From an uncultured Gemmatimonadaceae bacterium (GTDB lineage Bacteria > Gemmatimonadota > Gemmatimonadetes > Gemmatimonadales > Gemmatimonadaceae), in contig CAWFQK010000004.1 in NCBI GenBank assembly GCA_963817955.1, positions 1,600,001 through 1,664,000 on the forward strand: a stretch of 64,000 nt of DNA, written 5' to 3'. A program made the position numbers and the translations under genes. The notes below the pieces were generated by a model that had not been told where the DNA came from, ran no database searches, and was given only the letters and a program-made list of their open reading frames with translations. Shown here in pieces: positions 8,699-18,219 of this stretch (position 1 is the stretch's first letter; the number at the start of each line of letters is the position of its first letter).

Positions 8699-10795
8699 CT
8701 ACCGTGGTACTACCGGCAGCACCACGTGTGACGGGTGCGCGGTGTCGTGCACGAGTCGCTGGTGCGCAACAACGAACGTGGAGTCGCGTTCGTTGTTGCC
8801 ACCGGTATTCAGGTTGCGATCGTACTTCGGGAACAACGCCGACGACACGCTCACTCTGAGACGATGGCCCGGCGCGAACACGCGGGATGTGAACCACAAG
8901 TCCATGTCATAGCGCTCGACGCTTCCGGGAGTCAGCATCACTTCCTTGTCGAACCCTTGGCGAAAGCGTGCCCGCGCCACGCCGTCCTGTACGCGCTCGG
9001 CGTGTCCGTCGGGAAACACGTCGAGCAGCATGACATTCCAGTCCGTGTCCTTGGCGTCGCTCGCCGCCCAGAGCGTGGCGGACATCTGCCCTGTCACCTC
9101 GATGGGCTTGGTCAATGGTTTCGACGTGAACACCAGCGCATCGTGTCGCGATGCATTGAGCGCCGTGAAGTCCTCGTTGAGCGACGTCTCGAGCTCCCGT
9201 GAATCGATGAGGAACGGCGTCGGATTCGCCGGATCGTAGGTGAACGTGTCGGCCACCGCTCCGGTAGGCGGAATGGTATCGAGCACGCCGTCGCCTGTAC
9301 TCGTCCTGGCGTTGCCGCCGGATGTCACGTACCAGTTGGTAGGAACGGCACGCGCCAGCGGCCACGCCGCTTCCTTCCGCCACGTGTTGTCGCCAAACAC
9401 GAACACGTCCACCGGTGGCTCCCGATCGACACCGTTATCCTTGCCCAGCAGATAGTGATCGAACCAGCGGAGCTGAAGGCGCCGCGTCTCCACGCGTGAC
9501 TGCGGCCCGAAGTCGCCGGCCACGTAGTCGACGCCCTTGTGCGCCCCCGGCCCCATCACGAGCCGAATGAACGGATGCCCCGGCACCTTGTTCAGCGCAT
9601 TGGTGTAGTCGATCGGCCCGCGGGAATCATCGTACCACCCGGAGATCTGGAGCACGGGCGCCCGCACTCTCGCAATGTTGGTGGTCACGGCGTGATCGCG
9701 CCAATACGCGTCGAGCGTTGGGTGCGCAATCCATCGATCCCAGAGCGGCACGTCACCGCAGCCGAGCCGCTGTGGCAGGTCGCTGAGCGGCAGGCGCGTG
9801 AGCGCCGCCCCGATGTCGAGATCGCTGGTGTTCTGCAGCGTGCGCGCACGCATGAGACACGCCCAGGCGACGTTGATCGGCGAGAATACCATGTCTTCAT
9901 ACGGAACAATGCGCCACGGGTCGCTGGTCGCGGCCGAGGGCGCGATGGCCGCGAGATGCGGCGGCGCACTGACTGCGGCATACCATGCGAGCCGGCCCTC
10001 GTCGGAGTGCCCGATCAATCCCACGTGGCCGTTGGCACCAGGCAACCTGGCCGCCCACTCGACGGCGTCATATCCGTCACGTACGTCGGTGTCGTAGTCG
10101 CCAAAATCCTTGCCATCCGAGACGTCCCGGCCGCGCACGTGTTGCGCGACGAAGATGTATCCGCGCGACGCCCAATACCGGCCGGCAGGATGGAGAATAC
10201 GGGTGTAAGGCGTTCGCTGCAGGACCACGCCAAATGGTCCGTTGCCCACTGGACGCGCAATGTAGCTGACCAACCGCGCGCCGTCCCGCGTCTTCATGAA
10301 CACGGCGGTGTCTTCGGTCACGGCATATTGCGAATCCGACACGGCCCCCGGCCAGAGTGCGTACTGCTGCTCGACCACGAACGGCGTCGTGCGGCGGACG
10401 AGACGCATACGCCGTCCCGCCGGCTTGCCCGCAGTGAGCAGCTCGCCAGTGAGCGTGTCGCCGTGCCAGACGGCGCTGAGCGATTGATCGCCGCCGCCGC
10501 TGAGCACCACGGTATCCAAGTGCACCGCGAAATGGGTGACGTCGACCATGGGCTCGCCGGTGCGCCGGCGGATCGATCCAGCAATGCTCGTGTCGCGCCC
10601 GGTGAAGTGCGCGAATCCCATTCGCCGCCAGCCCTCGAATCCGGCGCGCTGGGCGGAGCCGAGCGCGACGTAGGCGTCCCAGTCGCCCGCGAGGCTTGGC
10701 GACGCCTCATGTGGTGCGCAGGCTGCGGCGCCCATGAGGAGGAAGACTGCGCACGCGGGTGCGCGGCGGGACAGCACGGAGCCATGACAGCGCAT
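8699..10795 (-). CDS. CocE/NonD-family hydrolase (peptidase S15), probable lipoprotein
   Basis: TRDGARL, RTPY, nucleophile motif GHSDEG, GWYD, and a PepX_C-like C-terminus (FPKYDRNLNTG). Confidence 0.92.
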   Translation of the reverse strand: MRCHGSVLSRRAPACAVFLLMGAAACAPHEASPSLAGDWDAYVALGSAQRAGFEGWRRMGFAHFTGRDTSIAGSIRRRTGEPMVDVTHFAVHLDTVVLSGGGDQSLSAVWHGDTLTGELLTAGKPAGRRMRLVRRTTPFVVEQQYALWPGAVSDSQYAVTEDTAVFMKTRDGARLVSYIARPVGNGPFGVVLQRTPYTRILHPAGRYWASRGYIFVAQHVRGRDVSDGKDFGDYDTDVRDGYDAVEWAARLPGANGHVGLIGHSDEGRLAWYAAVSAPPHLAAIAPSAATSDPWRIVPYEDMVFSPINVAWACLMRARTLQNTSDLDIGAALTRLPLSDLPQRLGCGDVPLWDRWIAHPTLDAYWRDHAVTTNIARVRAPVLQISGWYDDSRGPIDYTNALNKVPGHPFIRLVMGPGAHKGVDYVAGDFGPQSRVETRRLQLRWFDHYLLGKDNGVDREPPVDVFVFGDNTWRKEAAWPLARAVPTNWYVTSGGNARTSTGDGVLDTIPPTGAVADTFTYDPANPTPFLIDSRELETSLNEDFTALNASRHDALVFTSKPLTKPIEVTGQMSATLWAASDAKDTDWNVMLLDVFPDGHAERVQDGVARARFRQGFDKEVMLTPGSVERYDMDLWFTSRVFAPGHRLRVSVSSALFPKYDRNLNTGGNNERDSTFVVAHQRLVHDTAHPSHVVLPVVPR

Positions 10796-10874
10796 ATGCA
10801 GGATGCGTCGAAGCGGGAGCAGGGAGTTCCAGACTGAATCCGTACATCAACGTACGAGTTCGGATCAGGGGGCG

Positions 10875-12452
10875 CTATGTGTCTCGTGTCTCGTGTCTCG
10901 TGTCTCGTGTCTCGTGTCCCGAGTCTGGTGTCCCGAGTCTCGTTGCTGCACCGATCGCAAGCACGGCGCTGACGACGGCGCCCGCGAGCGCTGCAGCACG
11001 GAGCCCGCCCGTAAACGCGCCCTGGGCCTGCAGCAGCAACTCTGTTCCTTGCGCGCTGGGTAGATGGCGCGCCGCCTCGCGAGCGCCGCCAATGCTCTCT
11101 CTCGCCAGTCGGGCAATGTCCCCCGGCAGCCCCGACGGAAGCACGGCGAGACGGTGATTGTAAATCGCCGTGCTGATGCTTCCAAACACGGCAACACCCA
11201 ACGCAATACCAAAGTCTCCGCTCGCCTCGGACAGCGCGGCCGCCGATCCGGCCTTCTCGGGCGGCGCGGATCCGACGACGAGATCCTGACTGAACACCAC
11301 CATTGGACCAATGCCAAAAAAAACGAGGATGGCGGCAGCCACGAGCAGCCTCACCGCTCCAGTGCCGGTCACCTGGGCAAGGAGCAGGTAGCCGGCAGCC
11401 GAGATCCAGAGGCCAACGCTCACGATCCACCGCGGATGCAGCACGCGCGTGACGAATGGTGCGATGATGCAGCCCACCACCATCGCGATCGGCGCCGGCA
11501 GCATCGCCCAGCCAGCCTTCAGGGGCGACAGCCCCTCGACGATCTGGAGGTGCTCGCTCAACAGCAACAGGATACCACTCTGCGCCGCCAAGCCGAACAT
11601 CAGAATGAGCAGCGCGGCACTGAACGCCGGAACGCGAAAGAGCCGCAGGTCGATCAGAGGACTGGCAAGTACTCGTTGCCGTTTCACGAACACCACGCCG
11701 CATGCGGCGGCGAAGACGACGGCGGGAAAGGTCACGACCGTCACGCCGTCTCTCGCGAGTGACTTCACCGCGTAGACGAACGGCAGGATGGCGGCCAGTG
11801 ACAGGGCCACGCTCGCCGCGTCGAGCGGTGCGGTGGTTGCATCGCGAAACTCGGGGAGGAAGAACGGTCCGGTGGCAAGCAGCAACAGCATGACCGGCAC
11901 GCCCATCAGAAAGAGTGCGCCCCACCGGAAATGTTCGAGGAGCACCCCGCCGACGATCGGGCCGATGGTGGCTCCAACCATGAAACAGGCCGTCCACAGC
12001 GCGATGGCCGCCGCTCGTTCGCCGGCATCGCGGAACATGTTGCTGATCAGTGCGAGTGTGGACGGCATCAACGTCGCGCCGGCCAGACCCATGAGGGCAC
12101 GTGCGGCCACCAGCATCGCGACGCTCGTCGAGTATGCTGCGCAGATCGACGCGAGGCCGAATGCCGCCGCGCCAAGGAGCAGCAGCTTCCGCCGCCCAAT
12201 GCGATCGCCGAGCGTGCCCATCGTCACGAGGAACCCGGCAGTGACGAATCCGTATATGTCGGTGATCCACAGTTGCTCGGTGCTCGTGGCGCCCAGATCG
12301 GCGCTCAGACGCGGCAGCGCCAGATAGAGAACGCTCAGGTCGAGGGCAAGCAGGATGGTCGGCAGGCTCAAGACCGCCAAGCCGATCCAGGCTCGCTTGC
12401 CGGCCCTCTCGGGCACTGCCGAGCCTATCGCGTCATTTGCTGGATGATGCAA
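10875..12452 (-). CDS. MFS transporter, DHA2 (QacA/EmrB-like, 14 TM)
   Basis: LDLSVLYLALP, WITDIYG and GTLGDRIGRRKLL motifs. Confidence 0.93.
   Translation of the reverse strand: MHHPANDAIGSAVPERAGKRAWIGLAVLSLPTILLALDLSVLYLALPRLSADLGATSTEQLWITDIYGFVTAGFLVTMGTLGDRIGRRKLLLLGAAAFGLASICAAYSTSVAMLVAARALMGLAGATLMPSTLALISNMFRDAGERAAAIALWTACFMVGATIGPIVGGVLLEHFRWGALFLMGVPVMLLLLATGPFFLPEFRDATTAPLDAASVALSLAAILPFVYAVKSLARDGVTVVTFPAVVFAAACGVVFVKRQRVLASPLIDLRLFRVPAFSAALLILMFGLAAQSGILLLLSEHLQIVEGLSPLKAGWAMLPAPIAMVVGCIIAPFVTRVLHPRWIVSVGLWISAAGYLLLAQVTGTGAVRLLVAAAILVFFGIGPMVVFSQDLVVGSAPPEKAGSAAALSEASGDFGIALGVAVFGSISTAIYNHRLAVLPSGLPGDIARLARESIGGAREAARHLPSAQGTELLLQAQGAFTGGLRAAALAGAVVSAVLAIGAATRLGTPDSGHETRDTRHETRDT
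10879..10941. repeat. Heptamer tract (GTGTCTC/GTGTCCC, 9 units) inside the 3' end of the MFS gene
   Basis: Five exact GTGTCTC units followed by variants; translates on the minus strand as HETRDTRHETRDT. Confidence 0.95.
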
Positions 12453-12453
12453 A

Positions 12454-13659
12454 TCAGGTATGGTGATTGGACGCGTGGGGTCTGGCGCGAGCCAGCCACG
12501 CCAGAAAGATGAGTCCAGACGCGCCGTTCGACACGGCGTCGATCGCGAGCATGCCGTGCACGCCGAAATAGGTGTGTCCGATCCCCTCCAGCCACATCAT
12601 GTACACCAGAGGGATGTTCGTCGACGCAATGAACAACGTGAACCGCGTGCCGCTCGCCGCGGTACCGGAGGCGAGCAGCTCGAGCGCGAGTGCCATGAAC
12701 GCCGCGTAGGCAAGGCCGCCGGCGAACGAGTAGGTCGCGACGCCCACGGCGTACGTCGCCGGCGTGAGCGGCCCCAGGATCATCGCACCGCCACTCACCG
12801 CGAGGAGCAGGCCCGTGATCGGATACATGCGCCAGCGATCGAACCGGTCACAGATGAAGCCTCCAATGAGCGCGCCAACGGCCGTGATCAGACCGCCACC
12901 GAGGCCGACGGCTATGACGACGTCGCCGGACGCGTGGTAGTCCACCGCCATTGCTGAAAAAAGGCCCATAAGCGCACCCGCGCCGACGGGACTCACGAAG
13001 AAGGCGAACGCTAGCCAGACGTCGCGCCGCTCGAGGGTTCCCCGTATCTCGCGCAGCATACCCGAGATTCGTTCGCGAGCGCCCAGGGCCGGCCGTGCGG
13101 GCTCGCCGATTACCAGTACCACCCCGGATGGCAACGCAATGGACAGACCGACGACGAGTGCCGTGGCCATGGCCGGCATGTGCGCTGCCGTCCAGAGGAC
13201 GAGTGCAGCAACGACGACTCCGCCGCCGAGCATTCCTGCTTCACCCCACCCCGCGGCGCGGCCGCGAAATTCATTCGGCATGACCGCGGCCGCGAGGCCG
13301 CCCAACGCGCTCGAGATGGGCTGATTGATCACCGAGCCGACGACGAGGAGTGCTGTCACTGTGCCCAGTGCCGTCGTCATGTCGGCGCCGAGCGCAATGG
13401 CGGCGCATGCGCCGCTCGCCACGGAGAGCACGATGACCCATGTGCGGCGACGCAGTCCCACGTCCACGATTGGGGCCCAGAGGAAATACCAGATCGCTGG
13501 GGCCTGCACGAGCGCGCCAATCGACGCGATGCGCTGCACCGATATACCCTGCCTGCGCAGGAGATACGGAAGCGCCAACACGACGATGCCGTTGAAGATC
13601 CCATACGGAAGCGCCGCCAGCCCGAAGAGCCATGGGCGCGGTGGCGGCCTCTCACTCAC
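12454..13659 (-). CDS. MFS transporter (AmpG-like)
   Basis: About 12 hydrophobic segments; FLWAPIVD...RRTW and GGFICDRF motifs. Confidence 0.85.
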   Translation of the reverse strand: MSERPPPRPWLFGLAALPYGIFNGIVVLALPYLLRRQGISVQRIASIGALVQAPAIWYFLWAPIVDVGLRRRTWVIVLSVASGACAAIALGADMTTALGTVTALLVVGSVINQPISSALGGLAAAVMPNEFRGRAAGWGEAGMLGGGVVVAALVLWTAAHMPAMATALVVGLSIALPSGVVLVIGEPARPALGARERISGMLREIRGTLERRDVWLAFAFFVSPVGAGALMGLFSAMAVDYHASGDVVIAVGLGGGLITAVGALIGGFICDRFDRWRMYPITGLLLAVSGGAMILGPLTPATYAVGVATYSFAGGLAYAAFMALALELLASGTAASGTRFTLFIASTNIPLVYMMWLEGIGHTYFGVHGMLAIDAVSNGASGLIFLAWLARARPHASNHHT

Positions 13660-14630
13660 GAGGGAAGCAATCCCGTCTCGCTCAGCCAGGCGAGCGTAGA
13701 CTGAATGGTGTCGCGCGCGCGCCTGAAGGTCACACCGAGCTCACGCTCGGCTTTGGTGCTGTCGACGAACCAGTAGCGCGTCGCGTACGGGACGACGTAT
13801 GGATTGTACGGCAGCGGAAGGCGCAGCCGCATTCCGACGTGTGACACCGCACGGACCAGCCCATTGGGAATGGTCACGATCTTGGCGCGCCGCCCGAGCA
13901 GTTCGACGCAGAGCTCGGCGAGTTGCCGAATAGTGACGTTCTCGCCACCGAGGATGTACCGCTCGCCAGGTCGTCCCCGTTCGAGCGCGGCGACGATGCC
14001 GGCGGCGACGTCCTCGACGTGCACTATCCCCGTACCGCCGCGGCAGACGAGCACTGGATTCGACTTGGCGAAGTCGATGAGGTTCCCTGCGGTCACGAGC
14101 GATGTGTCGCCCGGGCCATACACCTCGGCCGGGTTGACGACGATCACTGGAACCCCACACGAAAAGGCGTCGCCCGCCGCGAGCTCCGCGCGATGCTTAG
14201 CGTGCGCGTAGTACAGCGACCCGTCCGTGATGGCAAAGTCGGTGCGCTCGTCGAATATCTGGGGTGTATCCGAGGCGTTGATTGCCGCCGTGCTCGAGAC
14301 GAACACCACCCGATGATCAGGCAACGCACTCGCTGCGTCGAGCACGTTGCGTGTGCCGCCTTCTATGATGTGCCCGACCGACGGTGACGCGTCGTCTTCC
14401 CATGACGACGGCGCAGCGAGATGGACGGTGCAGTCGCAGCCTGCCATCGCCACGCGAACCGACTCGGCATCGCGTACGTCGCCCAGAGCGCGGTCAAACG
14501 GCAATCGATCGATGCGGTCGGTGCGGCTGTTGGAGCGGAGCAGACAGACGACGTGATGGTCCAGGGCGACCAGTTTCTTCACGACCTGACTGCCGATGAA
14601 TCCGTTCCCGCCGGTGATGAAGACCTTCAT
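13656..14630 (-). CDS. NAD-dependent epimerase/dehydratase (dihydroflavonol reductase/HpnA-like extended SDR)
   Basis: MKVFITGGNGFIG Rossmann motif, YAHAK catalytic motif, VNPAEVYGPGD. Confidence 0.92.
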   Translation of the reverse strand: MKVFITGGNGFIGSQVVKKLVALDHHVVCLLRSNSRTDRIDRLPFDRALGDVRDAESVRVAMAGCDCTVHLAAPSSWEDDASPSVGHIIEGGTRNVLDAASALPDHRVVFVSSTAAINASDTPQIFDERTDFAITDGSLYYAHAKHRAELAAGDAFSCGVPVIVVNPAEVYGPGDTSLVTAGNLIDFAKSNPVLVCRGGTGIVHVEDVAAGIVAALERGRPGERYILGGENVTIRQLAELCVELLGRRAKIVTIPNGLVRAVSHVGMRLRLPLPYNPYVVPYATRYWFVDSTKAERELGVTFRRARDTIQSTLAWLSETGLLPS

Positions 14631-14839
14631 TCGTCGCGGTTGGAGGTCATCAAAGGCGTGGCCGGCTCGACTGTTTCGACTCCGTACCGAATGAACGCAA
14701 CGGATCAGGATACAAGGGAAGTACGCACGCCGGGTGGGGTCAAGGTCCAATGATTTGCGCCGCCGCTGGCGGACAAGTCCGCGATTTGCTCACCAAGGAG
14801 GAGGTCGCCTGAATTCCCAGACGGCATGTCTTCACCGGG

Positions 14840-16567
14840 ATGAACGCCAGTTCTCTTCGCCATCTCACGCTGTACGTCACAGTATCGCTCGCCGGCGCGA
14901 CCGTCTCGCCCGACGCGCGGGCGCAATCCGTTCCGGCACTGGCGTCGTGCAACGGGCGCACCATCGATTCGCTCATCATCGACCCAGGTCGGCCACCGTT
15001 CGCCGGCAGCGCCCGCAAATGGCAAACGATTGCGCGGGCGTTTGGCTTGCACCACGCGACCACTCGGGCCGATGTCATTCGAACGTATCTGCTGTTCAGC
15101 CAGGGCGATGTCTGCTCTGCCGCTCGCGTTGCCGAGTCGGTCCGCGTCCTCCGCAGCCTGCCATTTCTGGCCTGGGCCACCGCCGCGACTCGATCGGATG
15201 CAGCCGGTGGCGTCGTCATCGACATCCATACCACGGACGAAATTCCCGTGCTCGTCTCGGGTCGCCTCCAGCACGGTGTTCCTTCCGCGCTCTCGCTCGG
15301 AAATGAAAACGTCGGCGGCCGCGGGCTCCGTCTCATCGCCGGTGGCGAACGCGGCCGCAGCCGTGCCTACCGCGGCAGCGTCAGAGTCGAAGTCGCGGAA
15401 TCCGCTCCGTTCGACCAACCGATCCTGACGCGTTTTCAAGCCGAGCGTGATCCGCTCGGGAGTCACGCCGAGATCGAACTGTCGCGCCTCTTTCTATCAG
15501 ACTTTCAGCGTGGTGCCTGGCACGCGAGCTTTCGGAACGGCGACGACTTCCCGATCATCCTCCGTCCCGTTGGCGACGACGAGGCCATCGAGGTACATGA
15601 GCGGCAATGGTCGGTCGGCGGCGTCTTTCGGTCGAGGCTCGGTCCGACCCTGGCACTCTGGGGCCCGGTGGCACTCGGCTCGACGCTCAGGCCCGCATCG
15701 CGCGTCCTCATCGTGTCGGACTCCGGCGCCGTCTCCTTCAACGATTCGTCGCTCGTCGGCCGCCTCGAGGCCGCTCACGCCGTTCGTCTCGGCGGAATGG
15801 TTGGATTACGCCGCGTTCGCTACATCACGCGTACCGGACTCGACGCATTGTTCGCACCCCAGGACATAATGATCGGCTGGCAGGTCGGCGGCGTGGCAGC
15901 GCCGGGAGCCGGCACGAGGCGCGATCTGCTGCTCGCCAACAGCATCTATCTGGGCGCCGCTTCGGCCAAGGCAGTGATCGTCGGGGATCTCGAAGCAGAG
16001 GCGAGCCGCGACTTCGCGGCGGGATCGCATCAATCAACCATCGCCAACGCACTGGTCGTCGCCCATTTCACGCCGACGCCGCGCCTCACGATCGGAGTCC
16101 AGGACAATTTTTCGAGCCTCGAACACGCCCAATTGCCGACGCAGCTTTCACTCTCCGATCCCGACGGCGGCGCACGCGGATATCTCGGATCGTCCATTGC
16201 CGGTGGCCGGCGGAACGTGGTGCGAACCGAAATCAGATGGGCTCACCCTCGCGCGCTCCGTCAAACCGATCTCGGATTCGCCCTGTTCGCCGATGCAGCA
16301 AGAATATGGGCCGGCGACGTGCCATATGGCGTCGACGCGGCTCGTCAGAGTATTGGAATCAGCCTGCTCGGGGCGTACCCAACGCAATCGAAACGATTGT
16401 ACCGGCTCGATTTCGCCATGCCGATTCAACGTGACCAGGGAAGAGGACTCGAGATTCGGTTCACGAGCGGGGATCCGACGATCGGGATCGCGAGGGAGCC
16501 AGGGGATGTTGCGCAAGGGAGGAGGGCGCCGGTAGCGGGGGGGTTGTTTGCTTGGCCTGGAAGATGA
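14840..16567 (+). CDS. Outer-membrane protein, Omp85/BamA-TamA-like (POTRA plus beta-barrel)
   Basis: Signal peptide; POTRA-like TRADVIRTYLLFSQGD...ESVRVLRSLPF; barrel motifs GARGY, FADAARIW and YRLDFAMP. Confidence 0.7.
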   Translation: MNASSLRHLTLYVTVSLAGATVSPDARAQSVPALASCNGRTIDSLIIDPGRPPFAGSARKWQTIARAFGLHHATTRADVIRTYLLFSQGDVCSAARVAESVRVLRSLPFLAWATAATRSDAAGGVVIDIHTTDEIPVLVSGRLQHGVPSALSLGNENVGGRGLRLIAGGERGRSRAYRGSVRVEVAESAPFDQPILTRFQAERDPLGSHAEIELSRLFLSDFQRGAWHASFRNGDDFPIILRPVGDDEAIEVHERQWSVGGVFRSRLGPTLALWGPVALGSTLRPASRVLIVSDSGAVSFNDSSLVGRLEAAHAVRLGGMVGLRRVRYITRTGLDALFAPQDIMIGWQVGGVAAPGAGTRRDLLLANSIYLGAASAKAVIVGDLEAEASRDFAAGSHQSTIANALVVAHFTPTPRLTIGVQDNFSSLEHAQLPTQLSLSDPDGGARGYLGSSIAGGRRNVVRTEIRWAHPRALRQTDLGFALFADAARIWAGDVPYGVDAARQSIGISLLGAYPTQSKRLYRLDFAMPIQRDQGRGLEIRFTSGDPTIGIAREPGDVAQGRRAPVAGGLFAWPGR

Positions 16568-16677
16568 ACGGCGCGAACGGCTGACGGCGCTGACTCCCTG
16601 ACGGCGCTGACTCCCTAACTGCGCTGACTCCCTAACTGCGCTGACTCCCTAACTGCGCTGACTCCCTAACGGCGGCT
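16565..16677 (+). repeat. Left inverted-repeat arm: terminal ACGGCGCGAACGGC plus five 17-bp GCGCTGACTCCCT(A/G)AC(T/G) units
   Basis: Units start at 16587, 16604, 16621, 16638 and 16655. Confidence 0.95.
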
Positions 16678-16685
16678 TAGCACAA

Positions 16686-16762
16686 GGCGGACTTACGGCG
16701 GACTTACGACGGACTTACGGCGGACTTACGGCGGACTTACGGCGGACTTACGGCGGACTTAC
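16686..16762 (+). repeat. Tandem 11-mer GGCGGACTTAC x7
   Basis: Seven consecutive units, one with a single substitution. Confidence 0.95.
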
Positions 16763-16834
16763 GGCGGCGGGCGATTGGGAGGGATTGAAGGGTTATGATT
16801 GCGCGTTCTCGTCCGAAATGCTCCAGCGTTGCGC

Positions 16835-17200
16835 ATGACGCTACACCGCAACCTCGCCGTCCTCGATGCAGCGGATCTCGTAGCTGGTGAGATCATGCAG
16901 CTGATCGCGTCCACTCCCCGGCTGCTGCACGTCGAGCAGCTCCGAGATTCCGCGCAATCCATCGGGGCGAATATCTCGGAAGGTTTCGGTCGCGGGCCCG
17001 GCGCAGACCGGGCGCGGTTCCTCCGAACCTCGCGTGCATCCGCTGAAGAGACCATCCGACACCTCCGCGGGAACCTCAACGCCAGCAGGATCCCGGAGAC
17101 AACGTACTGGCGAATGCACCATCGATTGGTAACGATCTCACGAATGCTCGACTCGCTGCTCCGCCACCCCGAATCCAAGGCTCGCAGCGATCGCTTCTAG
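16835..17200 (+). CDS. Four-helix-bundle protein (23S rRNA intervening-sequence protein / Avd-like family)
   Basis: 121 aa. QLRDSAQSIGANISEGFGR...RFLRTSRASAEE matches the family pattern QLxRAxxSIxxNIAEGxGR...FLxxARGSxxE. Confidence 0.88.
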   Translation: MTLHRNLAVLDAADLVAGEIMQLIASTPRLLHVEQLRDSAQSIGANISEGFGRGPGADRARFLRTSRASAEETIRHLRGNLNASRIPETTYWRMHHRLVTISRMLDSLLRHPESKARSDRF

Positions 17201-17204
17201 AGAG

Positions 17205-17283
17205 TCAGCCGCCGATCGCCGCCTCCAGCCGCCGTCAGCCGCCGTCAGCCGCCGTCAGCCGCCGTCAGCCGCCGTCAGCCGCC
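17205..17283 (+). repeat. Tandem 10-mer GCCGTCAGCC (5 exact units plus degenerate ones)
   Basis: Exact at 17231-17280; the reverse complement (GGCGGCTGAC) resembles the upstream GGCGGACTTAC unit. Confidence 0.93.
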
Positions 17284-17388
17284 GTCAGGGAGTCAGCGTA
17301 GTCAGGGAGTCAGCGTAGTCAGGGAGTTGGCGCAGTTAGGGAGTCAGCGCCGTCAGGGAGTCAGCGCAGTTAGCCGTTCGCGCCGTCA
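17276..17388 (-). repeat. Right inverted-repeat arm: five 17-bp units plus terminal GCCGTTCGCGCCGTCA
   Basis: Units start at 17284, 17301, 17318, 17335 and 17352; reverse complement of 16565-16677 with about 9 mismatches by hand count. Confidence 0.95.
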
Positions 17389-18219
17389 AAGATCCCTCTT
17401 GTAAAAGGACTTTCCCACCACCCCCATCACACAGATGAGATACCCCACCGCATACCACACCGCCGTCCCACTCGGAATCGAGACATTCGCGAACGGTGAA
17501 AACGACAATGACCCGGTAAGTGGCGTCTGCATCTCGTATGCGGCGCGGCGCCACAGGGCCTCACTCGGCAGGATGAGGCTCGACACAACGCCGAGAGTCA
17601 CGATGTGCGCGCTCTGGGAAAAACCGCTCACCTGTTCGAGCCAGCCACCCATGAATGCGACCCCCTGAAGACCGAGCGCCAGTACCCCGCTCGTCAGGGT
17701 CGAGAACCACGTACCGAGCATGAAGGTCACGCCCAATACCAGCACACACTCGCCGGCAATCAGGAGAAAACCGCGTACCGGGTGCTCGGGCAGAATTCCC
17801 GTGGCGCCATACCCGACAGCTATGGTACCGAGGAACGTGAGCGCCACGTAAACGACGATCATGGCGACGAAACCGAGGTACTTGCCGAGCACAATCTGCC
17901 ATCGCGCGATGGGCTTGGTGGCGATCGCCTGGATCGTCCCCGAGCTGATCTCGCCGGCGATGGTATCGATCGACGTGAGAATCGTCATGACGACCGCGAG
18001 CAGGTCGCAGGTATAGAGGCCCACCATCAGCATCCCGCTCTCCACCTGATAGCGCACGAACGGCGACATCGACCGTCCCTGGAACTCGGCGACCTGCAGG
18101 CGAAGGGCAACCGTGAATACGGCGAGCAACAGCAGGGCGGCAATGAGCGCGGTCCACAGAATCTTCCGCCGCGCGGCTTCGCGCAATGTGATCCCGGCCA
18201 TGATCAAGGTGGCATTCAT
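17386..18219 (-). CDS. ABC-2-type transporter permease
   Basis: EISSGTIQAIATKPIARWQIVLGKYLG motif, multiple TM segments, C-terminal FYKRDL. Confidence 0.9.
   Translation of the reverse strand: MNATLIMAGITLREAARRKILWTALIAALLLLAVFTVALRLQVAEFQGRSMSPFVRYQVESGMLMVGLYTCDLLAVVMTILTSIDTIAGEISSGTIQAIATKPIARWQIVLGKYLGFVAMIVVYVALTFLGTIAVGYGATGILPEHPVRGFLLIAGECVLVLGVTFMLGTWFSTLTSGVLALGLQGVAFMGGWLEQVSGFSQSAHIVTLGVVSSLILPSEALWRRAAYEMQTPLTGSLSFSPFANVSIPSGTAVWYAVGYLICVMGVVGKSFYKRDL

Noticed and set aside
16835..17200. Complete diversity-generating retroelement or rRNA intervening sequence
   Set aside because: No reverse transcriptase, no template/variable repeat pair and no rRNA sequence are visible in the window.
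16587..17368. CRISPR array interpretation of the 17-bp, 11-bp and 10-bp repeats
   Set aside because: The units are head-to-tail with no unique spacers, they are too short, and there are no cas genes in the window.
16565..17388. Classical IS element
   Set aside because: The enclosed ORF has no transposase motif and no flanking target-site duplication is evident.
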